From the NCBI GenBank assembly GCA_964584035.1, contig CAZOYL010000075.1:1-12677 (forward strand): a DNA stretch of 12,677 bases, written 5' to 3'. Below the pieces are notes generated by a model. That model saw only the letters and a list, made by a program, of their open reading frames with translations, was not told the DNA's origin and searched no databases. Shown piece by piece: positions 1-6,936 of the stretch. The position numbers were made by a program, and so were the translations under genes. Within the stretch, counting starts at the first letter, position 1. The number at the start of each line of letters is the position of its first letter. This DNA comes from an uncultured Gemmatimonadota bacterium. GTDB taxonomy: Bacteria; SM23-81.

Positions 1-446
1 AGGGTTTCCCCAGCTCGTCTTCCCAGGGATTTAAGGATCTCGATGGTATAGACCAGATCGGTCAGCTCCGCCAGCACCGCGGCCAGATAGCCGAAACCGG
101 TGCCGATCTCCAGGACCCGGTCGCCGGGAGCCAGCTGCAGCACCTCGGACATGAGGGCCACGATGTAGGGCTGGGAAATGGTCTGCCCCTCGCCGATGGG
201 CAGCGGACGATCGTCATAGGCGGCCGGCTGCTGACCGGCAGGGACGAACTCATGCCGGGGAACCCGGCGCATGGCGGCCAGAACCCGTGCATCGCGAATA
301 CCCCGGGCGGCGATCTGATGCTGGACCATGGATTCCCGAAGCAAGGCCTGATCATCGCTCTGCCGGCAGCCGGAAATCAGCAGCAAGAGGATGATCATCA
401 TGGCAACACCGCCGTCGAGGCTCAAAGAACGATAGCCGATCCGCAT
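1..446 (-). CDS. pcm: Protein-L-isoaspartate(D-aspartate) O-methyltransferase, 5' part (runs off the left edge), with an N-terminal lipoprotein-like signal
   Basis: Not in the ORF track because it has no stop in the window. Manual translation from ATG at 446: [69 protein letters not shown]...[53 protein letters not shown]. It contains the PCM motifs VPRHxFVP, GQTISQP and the SAM-binding VLEIGTGxGY. SD AGGAGGT at 453-459. Confidence 0.95.
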   Translation of the reverse strand, partial: MRIGYRSLSLDGGVAMMIILLLLISGCRQSDDQALLRESMVQHQIAARGIRDARVLAAMRRVPRHEFVPAGQQPAAYDDRPLPIGEGQTISQPYIVALMSEVLQLAPGDRVLEIGTGFGYLAAVLAELTDLVYTIEILKSLGRRAGET

Positions 447-489
447 CAGATGACCTCCTGAAAAAGAGCTGTGTGTGAGCAGGCCGGAT

Positions 490-1677
490 TCATCGATCGG
501 GAATCGCCTGCCGGGACTCCCCACACGCGGCGATATTCGGAACCGGATGTGAGAAAAGCGACAGCTGCGAGGATCCTCTCCATCGTCCATCGATCAATAC
601 GTAAGGCGCGGCCCTTCTGATCCACACCCCCATACCCCCGAGCTCCTCCAGGTTGTGAAAACGGTTCCCCACCCGGCACCGGATGATCTTCCGGGCCGAT
701 GCCGGGCCGATACCGGGGACGCGCAGGAGTTCTCTTTCGCCGGCCCGGTTGATCTCCAGGGGGAAGAACTCCGGATGATTCCGGGCCCAGATGGTCTTGG
801 GATCGGCCGCCTCGGAAAGATTTCCCCCCTGGTCGAAGATCAGTTCCGTAAAACGAAACCCATACTTGCGCAACAGAAAATCGGCCTGGTAGAGACGATG
901 CTCCCTGAGGGGCGGAGTGGGTTGATGTTCCTCCAGAGGAGTTCCCGCGATGGGCTGGAAAGCGCTGAAATAGACCCGGGCCAGGTCCAGACCGCGATAC
1001 AGCCGCTCGGTCTGTTCCAGGATCTCGCGGTCCGATTCATCGGCCGCCCCCACGACGAACTGAGTGGTCTGGCTTTTCGAAGTGCCGCCATACTGCCGGG
1101 CGATCAGTTGTTGAGCCCACTGCATCCGCAGCAGGAGATCCTTCCCAAAATCCTTGCCGGTGGCGATCCGGTGAAGGCGCGCCTGGTTGGGGGCCTCAAG
1201 ATTCACCGACACCCGTGTGGCTAACTGCACGGCCCGCTCCACCAGACCATAGCCGGCGCCGGGCAGGATCTTCAGATGCACATATCCCCGGAAGCGGTGC
1301 TTGAGTCGAAGGATCTCCACTGTTTTGATCATTCGCTCCATGGTGGCATCGGTGCTGCGGACGATTCCGGAACTGAGAAATAATCCGCCGACACGTCCAC
1401 GTCCCCACAGACGCATGAACAATCCGGCCAGTTCTTCGGCCGAGAAAGTGGTTCGCCGAAAAGCATGGGAGGCGCGGTTGACGCAGTAGTGGCAGTCGTG
1501 GGCACAGGCGTTGGAAAGGAGTACCTTGAGCAGGAACACGTTTTGTCCGTCCGGCAGAGCTGCCGGATAGATCCAGCGGTCATCGACCCCCCGAACACGG
1601 CCCGTGCCTCCGCAGGCACAGGCCAGATCATACTGGGCCGACTGGCTCAAGGTCCGTATTTTCTGGAGAGCATCCAC
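490..1677 (-). CDS. Putative DNA modification/repair radical SAM protein with C-terminal helix-hairpin-helix (TIGR03916-like)
   Basis: CxxxCxxC motif CAHDCHYC (1483-1506). Family-typical segments [51 protein letters not shown] and [17 protein letters not shown]. Hh[17 protein letters not shown]-terminal QLSLF. GTG start. Confidence 0.9.
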   Translation of the reverse strand: MDALQKIRTLSQSAQYDLACACGGTGRVRGVDDRWIYPAALPDGQNVFLLKVLLSNACAHDCHYCVNRASHAFRRTTFSAEELAGLFMRLWGRGRVGGLFLSSGIVRSTDATMERMIKTVEILRLKHRFRGYVHLKILPGAGYGLVERAVQLATRVSVNLEAPNQARLHRIATGKDFGKDLLLRMQWAQQLIARQYGGTSKSQTTQFVVGAADESDREILEQTERLYRGLDLARVYFSAFQPIAGTPLEEHQPTPPLREHRLYQADFLLRKYGFRFTELIFDQGGNLSEAADPKTIWARNHPEFFPLEINRAGERELLRVPGIGPASARKIIRCRVGNRFHNLEELGGMGVWIRRAAPYVLIDGRWRGSSQLSLFSHPVPNIAACGESRQAIPDR

Positions 1678-1827
1678 GTCTTTGTCTCACTTATCTTCGT
1701 TCAGACCGGCCCGATCTCATTCGCCGCCCCGACCACCGGGCCCGGACGCGGCCAATTCGACCTTCTATTAACTTAAACTTATTTATTAAACTATTCTCGT
1801 ATCATACTTAATATCATTGCGTAATGA

Positions 1828-2442
1828 TTACATCTTTCTGATCAGGCCGACCACCTTACCGGCCAGACGAAATCCGGGGACAGTGCGATCGACGATGATC
1901 GGACCATAATCGGGATTGGCCGCCTCCAGCCTGATCCGGCCGTTCTCGGGATAGAACTTTTTCACGGTGGCCTCGTCTCCGATCAGGGCCACCACGATAT
2001 CGCCCGGCTGGGCCAGCGGCTGCTTCCGGGCAAACACCACATCGCCATCGAAGATGCCGGCCCCCTTCATGCTCTCGCCCCTGACCCGCAGGGCAAAGAT
2101 ATCCCCTGAGGTCAAAAAGGCGCTGTCCACAAAGAAGACATCCTCGATGTTCTCCTCGGCCAGAATGGGCTCGCCGGCCGCCACCCGCCCCACCAGAGGC
2201 ACGGAACGAAGGCCGTCCGGAATAAGGTCTCGAACCATCTGTATCCCCCGGGAGGTGCGCAATCGTCTGCGGATATATCCTTTTCGGACCAGAGCATCGA
2301 GAAGGGACCTGACGCCGTTGGTGGAGCTGATGTCCAGCGACCGGCCCAGCTCTCGAATGGTCGGTGGTCTGCCCTGCTGTCTGATGATCTGTGCGATCAT
2401 GTCCAGGGCCTGTTTCTGTCTTCGGGTCAGCGGTTCCGACAT
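1828..2442 (-). CDS. lexA: SOS transcriptional repressor LexA
   Basis: N-terminal wHTH (LTRRQ...PPTIRELG...SSTNGV...LVRKGYI...RGI), Ala-Gly cleavage site (GRVAAGEP), catalytic Ser (VRGESM) and Lys (ATVKK). SD GGAGG at 2452-2456. Confidence 0.97.
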   Translation of the reverse strand: MSEPLTRRQKQALDMIAQIIRQQGRPPTIRELGRSLDISSTNGVRSLLDALVRKGYIRRRLRTSRGIQMVRDLIPDGLRSVPLVGRVAAGEPILAEENIEDVFFVDSAFLTSGDIFALRVRGESMKGAGIFDGDVVFARKQPLAQPGDIVVALIGDEATVKKFYPENGRIRLEAANPDYGPIIVDRTVPGFRLAGKVVGLIRKM

Positions 2443-2505
2443 GGCCGTCTTCCTCCGTGTCTATTTTCTAAGATTCATCTCAGGCTTCGCCCCGGATGCG
2501 AACGA

Positions 2506-2534
2506 AAGATACTGCACATTTGTGCCCATGTCAA
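2506..2534 (-). promoter_or_regulatory. Sigma70-type promoter of lexA
   Basis: Minus strand TTGACA (2534-2529), exactly 17 nt spacer, then TATCTT (2511-2506). An A/T tract lies just upstream of the -35. Confidence 0.8.
2513..2526. promoter_or_regulatory. Candidate LexA operator (SOS box) TGCAC-ATTT-GTGCC
   Basis: Palindrome GCACA-TT-TGTGC inside the -35/-10 spacer of the lexA promoter, a typical autorepression position. One mismatch to the TGCNC-N4-GTGCA box I recall for Fibrobacter succinogenes LexA. Confidence 0.7.
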
Positions 2535-2609
2535 GCAAAAAAAAGAAGCTGTTCGTATAATGGCCATTACCATGGGAAAACCTGCTGTCGACCGCTGCCG
2601 GGGACCAGG

Positions 2610-4568
2610 TCAGCGATTCGGTTCATCTCTCTGCTCTCTACCTTCGAAATGCGTCCCCAGCTGCTCCACGTTTTCTCTGAGCTGTTCATCCGACGGATCC
2701 AGCTCCAGGGCCCGCTGCCAGGCCTGTGCGGCGCCCTGCCGGTTTCCCTGCAGATAGAGAATATTCCCCAAAGACTTGTAAGCACCGGCGGCGGGTGTTC
2801 GATCGATGATGCCCCGGAAGATCTCCTCGGCCTCCTGATATCGTTCCAAATGCACCAGGATCATGGCCTCGAATTCCAGAGTACCAATACCTCCATCCCA
2901 TCCGGAGGCTCCCTCTCTACGAAGTTCCTCGAGAGCTTCCTCGAAACGGCCCATAGCATAGTACGTTTGAGCCAGCATGTAATGAACCTGAGGATAATCC
3001 TCCCGAAGGCGGAGGAGCTGGCGGAACTCCCGGGCTGCCAGGCGAGGCTGATCCTTCTCCTCCAGGTAGGCCACTCCGAGATTGAATCGAGCCGTGATCC
3101 GGTCGGGATCTTGGTTTTTGACCTGCTCGAGCTGAGCGATCCCCTGATCCACCTGTCCCTCGCGGATCAGGGCCACGCCCAGTGCCTCCTGCCGGGCCGG
3201 AAAGGGGCCATCGTTCAGACCGCCGGCCTGTCGCCCTGTCAGGATGAGAAGGCCGGCAACAGGTATCCAGGCCGCCGCCAAAGGGATCCACCGGCGCGAC
3301 CGGATGATGCCCCAGGACCAACGCAATCCGAAGGCGGCGAAGAGGATCAAAAAGGGCACCGTGGGCAGCCGATAGCGCGAAGAGATAAAAAATAGGAGCA
3401 CCGAAAGGATGGAGAACATGACCTGCAGGTACAATATCAGGAAACGCCGCCAGTCTCCCAGACCGACGATCAGGCCCAGCAGAGCCAAAGGTCCGAGAAT
3501 GGAAAAGGTCACCAGGGGAAATCGTAACACGGCGGAAAAACGCCGGAAATAATGAAAATTGCGATTGTCCGGGATCTCCCGGGGCTGGCAGAACAACCAC
3601 AGCTTGCGCAGCTCCAGCCGGAACCATTGCCAGGGATGCCCGCGGATATAGGCCAGGGACTGGCCGAACCAGTATGAGGAGGCCTCCGCCAGGCTCAGTT
3701 CTCTGCCCAGCCGCCGGCCGGCCAGGCGACGGAAATCCTCGTGTTCGTATTCTGTGCCGGGCCGAACCCCGGGAGCCGGAGAGTAGATCCCGCTGGCCAG
3801 GGCATTGTTGCCGCTGTAAAAGGTCTCTCCCCCATGGGCCGTGATGGCCACCGCTCTCCCGCCCACCAGCGCATTCCGGGCCGTCACCGGAATGATGATG
3901 GCCATGACGCCGGCTAAAAAGATCAGCGTCAGAGCGATTCTGCGGCCGTTCGAGACCCTGCCGGGCGATCCCAACAGCCAGCCTATGGCCGCCAGAACGG
4001 TGGCATCGAACCGGGCCAGGGCTCGCAGGCCCCAGGACAGGCCGGCGGTGAACGTGCGGCCGACACCGGGGATCTTTTGAGATACCAGAAGCAGCACCGT
4101 CAGCACCGAGAAAAACAGACCCAGCGTGGCGATGGTGATGGTCCCCTCGTAGAAAATAAAGGGCGCATAGCAAGCCGCCAGCAGACCGGCCAGCAGGCCG
4201 GTAGTCCGGTCGAAGACCCGGCGGCCGATGATCATCAGCATCAGGCAGGTGGCCGTGCCCAGCAGCGACTGGATCAGCCTGACGACGAACAGGCTGTGCC
4301 CGAAGATGGCGTAAATGAGGGCTAAAAAGTAGGGGTACAGGGGATGGCCATAGAAGATACCCTGCGAGCGGCTGAGCCAGTCTCCGGCAGCAATGGACCG
4401 GGCCCAGCGATCGTAGAAGGCCGGGTCCAGAAACAGCTGCCGGGACAGAGGATGGTCGCGGATCTCCCACTGATAGATCAGACGCGCTGTCAGGGCCAGT
4501 GCGAGAATGATCGGGGTCAGGATTCTTTTGGTCCGGCCGCGGCGCGGGCGATCGGGAGTGAGCATCAT
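2610..4568 (-). CDS. GT-C fold membrane glycosyltransferase (ArnT/PMT-like, family 39/83) with C-terminal TPR repeats
   Basis: Many hydrophobic segments. First loop has an acidic motif (FLDPAFYDRWA), followed by HPLYPYFLA and later SRYRLP. TPR-like tail (ARFNLGVAY, VHYMLAQTYY, AYKSLGNILYLQG...WQRALELDP). Start moved from 4751 to ATG 4568, which overlaps the MATE stop as ATGA. Confidence 0.8.
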   Translation of the reverse strand: MMLTPDRPRRGRTKRILTPIILALALTARLIYQWEIRDHPLSRQLFLDPAFYDRWARSIAAGDWLSRSQGIFYGHPLYPYFLALIYAIFGHSLFVVRLIQSLLGTATCLMLMIIGRRVFDRTTGLLAGLLAACYAPFIFYEGTITIATLGLFFSVLTVLLLVSQKIPGVGRTFTAGLSWGLRALARFDATVLAAIGWLLGSPGRVSNGRRIALTLIFLAGVMAIIIPVTARNALVGGRAVAITAHGGETFYSGNNALASGIYSPAPGVRPGTEYEHEDFRRLAGRRLGRELSLAEASSYWFGQSLAYIRGHPWQWFRLELRKLWLFCQPREIPDNRNFHYFRRFSAVLRFPLVTFSILGPLALLGLIVGLGDWRRFLILYLQVMFSILSVLLFFISSRYRLPTVPFLILFAAFGLRWSWGIIRSRRWIPLAAAWIPVAGLLILTGRQAGGLNDGPFPARQEALGVALIREGQVDQGIAQLEQVKNQDPDRITARFNLGVAYLEEKDQPRLAAREFRQLLRLREDYPQVHYMLAQTYYAMGRFEEALEELRREGASGWDGGIGTLEFEAMILVHLERYQEAEEIFRGIIDRTPAAGAYKSLGNILYLQGNRQGAAQAWQRALELDPSDEQLRENVEQLGTHFEGREQRDEPNR

Positions 4569-5902
4569 ATCTTGATGGTCATCCACTTCTTGCTCCAGAA
4601 TCTCCAGAACAGGGTCAGGCCGAAGATGATGATGTAGATGGTCGCTCCGCCCCAGGCCCCCACCACTCCCATCCCCAGCGTGTACCCGAACAGCAGGGCC
4701 AGGGGGACGAACAGCAGCCAGGCGTAAGAGACACCCACGATCATGATCCAACGCGTATCCCCCGCGCCTCGCAGCCCGCCGGAGCTGACGATGCCGACGG
4801 CGTCGAACAGTTGAAAGACGGCCGCCAGGAGTAAAATCCGCGAACCGTATAAAAGGACTTCGGCGCTGTCATCGAACAGCCCGATGAGGCGTTCCCGCAG
4901 AAACAGAAAGATGACGGCGATAGAGGCCGAATAGAACAGCCCCATCTTGATGGCCGTGTAGCCGCTGAGGATGGCTCTGTCGGGATCTTTGCGGCCGATG
5001 TACTGGCCCACCAGCGAGGTGGCCGCAATGGAGATCCCGAATGCGGGCAAAAAGGACAGCGACAGCAGCCGGATGGAAATATTGCTGGCGGCCAGCTGCA
5101 CATCTCCCATCCGGCCGATCATGGCGGCGAAGACCAGAAAGCTGCCCATATCTAAAAAATACTGCACTCCAATGGGCGTTCCGATGCGCAGCATGCGCTG
5201 CATCTCCGGCCAGTGCAACCGTATCGTTCTCCGGGACCGAAATATGGCGTCATAGCGCCTGGTCAGGAAGATGCTCAGCAGCCAGACGGCGGCCACAACG
5301 TTGGCGAAAACGGTGGCGATCGCCGCTCCGCGGACCTCCAGCCGGGGAAACCCGAATTTTCCGAAGATGAGGATCCAGTCGAACAGGATGTTAACCAGGT
5401 TGGCGACGATGACGGCCTTCATCGGGGTCTTGGTGTTGCCGATGCCGCGGAAAAAACAGGACAGCGTCAAATAGGCGACAAAAAACCCGCCCCCCATCAT
5501 ACGAATCCGGGTATAGGCCATGCCCAGCTGACGCACCTGTGGAGACGGCCGCATCAGATCGAAGAAGAGCCCGCTCCAGTACCCGATGACGGCCAGAATG
5601 ACGCCGAACAGAACCGTCAGGAACAGTCCCTGCCAGGTATTGGAGCTGCACTTTTCGTGTTCCCCGGCGCCGTAATACTGGGCCACGAAGGTATTGACGC
5701 TGCTGACCGTCCCGTTGAAGAAGGAAAAGATACACCACACCAGGGTGCCGGCCAATCCGACCGCCGCCAGTTCGGCCGTGCCCAGCCTGCCGACCATCCA
5801 CATATCCACCAGGCTCATGACCGTCTGTGACATCATGGTCAGAATGGCCGGGAAGGCCAGGATCCAGACCTCGCGATAATTTCCTCTTAACAGCGATCTC
5901 AC
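4565..5902 (-). CDS. MATE family efflux transporter (MOP superfamily)
   Basis: 445 aa, highly hydrophobic, with an internal two-fold repeat. Motifs LVDMWMVGRLG, FFRGIGNTKTPM, NILFDWILIFGKFGFPRLEVRGAAIAT and GLRGAGDTR. GTG start with GAGG upstream. Confidence 0.93.
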   Translation of the reverse strand: MRSLLRGNYREVWILAFPAILTMMSQTVMSLVDMWMVGRLGTAELAAVGLAGTLVWCIFSFFNGTVSSVNTFVAQYYGAGEHEKCSSNTWQGLFLTVLFGVILAVIGYWSGLFFDLMRPSPQVRQLGMAYTRIRMMGGGFFVAYLTLSCFFRGIGNTKTPMKAVIVANLVNILFDWILIFGKFGFPRLEVRGAAIATVFANVVAAVWLLSIFLTRRYDAIFRSRRTIRLHWPEMQRMLRIGTPIGVQYFLDMGSFLVFAAMIGRMGDVQLAASNISIRLLSLSFLPAFGISIAATSLVGQYIGRKDPDRAILSGYTAIKMGLFYSASIAVIFLFLRERLIGLFDDSAEVLLYGSRILLLAAVFQLFDAVGIVSSGGLRGAGDTRWIMIVGVSYAWLLFVPLALLFGYTLGMGVVGAWGGATIYIIIFGLTLFWRFWSKKWMTIKI

Positions 5903-5979
5903 CGAACGATGTCCTCAATTGGAAAAACGGCCAGATGTGTCACCTGACCGTTGCTGGCTCGACCGGTCCGCCAGGCGGC

Positions 5980-6495
5980 TCAAATCTGCCATGATCTTAA
6001 AACGCCCCGGGCCGTCACCAGCGCGACGATCAGGCCGATGAACGATCCCGTCAACAGGGTGGTGAGCAAGACCGGCGGCACAAGGTAGAACAGCTCGCCT
6101 CTGTGAACATACAGCTGATAGGCCAGAAAAAGCTGGGTCAGATTATGAGCCAGAGCGCCCAGAATGCTGACGCCGATGACGCTCAGAGCCGGGGTGAGGA
6201 ATCTCCGGGCCAGTCCCATGGTGAACAGGCTGGCCAAACCGCCGGCCAGGGCAAAGGGGAAAACCGGGCTGAGGATCGTTCCGGTGAACAGCGAGCCCAG
6301 CCAAATGCGCGCCAGCAGGACGGCCAGAGCCTCCCAGAAGCCCCATAATACCAGCGCCATGATGGTCACCAGGTTGGCTAACCCGATCCGCACCCAGGGC
6401 AAGGGCTGGGGGATATGGATCTCGAAGATATACAGGATCAGCCCGACGGAGACGAGCAGCGCCAGCCGGACCAGTTTTTGATTTGAGATCGGCAT
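5980..6495 (-). CDS. Gx transporter family protein (heptaprenyl diphosphate synthase component I-like; EetA-like)
   Basis: 171 aa membrane protein with IPQPLPWVRIGLANLVT and SVIGVSILGALAHNLTQL signatures. Lies directly downstream of a NusG-II gene, the usual pairing. Confidence 0.88.
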   Translation of the reverse strand: MPISNQKLVRLALLVSVGLILYIFEIHIPQPLPWVRIGLANLVTIMALVLWGFWEALAVLLARIWLGSLFTGTILSPVFPFALAGGLASLFTMGLARRFLTPALSVIGVSILGALAHNLTQLFLAYQLYVHRGELFYLVPPVLLTTLLTGSFIGLIVALVTARGVLRSWQI

Positions 6496-6549
6496 GTGAT
6501 TCCGGAGCCATGAGATGTCAGACGTAATCCGGGGTTCGAGATCGAACTC

Positions 6550-6936
6550 TCACCAGCTTATCGCATCCACATCTCCCTGGCCCTCGATCCGAACCGTCAC
6601 CCGATTGGGCACACATACGATCATCCGGCCGGCCTGTTCAACCCAGCCGGTGCGGACACAGATCCGGTGCGGACAGGGCGAATCGGCGATTCGAATCCGT
6701 CCGGCCCGGACCTGGATGATCGTCTCCCCCAGAGGTCCGCGAATCCTTTTCTGTGTATCCACCGATAGATCCAGCCGGCAGACGGACCGGCCGTCCACCT
6801 CGACGACCGCGACGGCGCCCTGCGGGATGATCAACCTGACCACATACAGGCTGGCCAGGCTGAGCAGCAGCAGAAGCCCGATGAGCATCTTGTCGCCTCG
6901 GCTGAGGGGCAGTTGCTGGACCCACCGCGCGGCCAT
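6550..6936 (-). CDS. NusG domain II-containing (DUF1312-like; EetB-like) membrane-anchored protein
   Basis: N-terminal GDK plus a hydrophobic anchor. Signatures SPCPHRICVRTGW and IVCVPNRVTVRI. Start overlaps the upstream stop (TAATG). Confidence 0.88.
   Translation of the reverse strand: MAARWVQQLPLSRGDKMLIGLLLLLSLASLYVVRLIIPQGAVAVVEVDGRSVCRLDLSVDTQKRIRGPLGETIIQVRAGRIRIADSPCPHRICVRTGWVEQAGRMIVCVPNRVTVRIEGQGDVDAISW

Noticed and set aside
62..355. 97-aa minus-strand ORF in the track
   Set aside because: Wrong frame; the real gene here is pcm in another frame.
461..480. Possible terminator between the rSAM gene and pcm (GCT-7 nt-AGC then TCTTTTT)
   Set aside because: The stem is only about 3 bp, too weak to call.
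1691..1704. TATCTTCGTTC, similar to TATCTTTCGTTC in the lexA promoter, as a shared operator
   Set aside because: Opposite orientation, a one-base gap and not palindromic; the lexA copy is largely explained by the -10 element.
2917..4470. 517-aa alternative-frame ORF on the minus strand
   Set aside because: Pro/Arg/Gly/Ala-rich, motif-free and fully nested in the glycosyltransferase; a typical high-GC shadow frame.
4569..4751. N-terminal extension of the 713-aa ORF given in the ORF track
   Set aside because: It overlaps the MATE gene out of frame. ATG 4568 with an ATGA overlap directly precedes the first TM helix and is the better start.
6534..6547. Palindrome GTTCGA-GA-TCGAAC as a Gram-positive-type SOS box or terminator
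   Set aside because: Half-sites are inverted and mis-spaced relative to GAAC-N4-GTTC, there is no U-tract, and it is not near a repair gene. At most a small intergenic hairpin.
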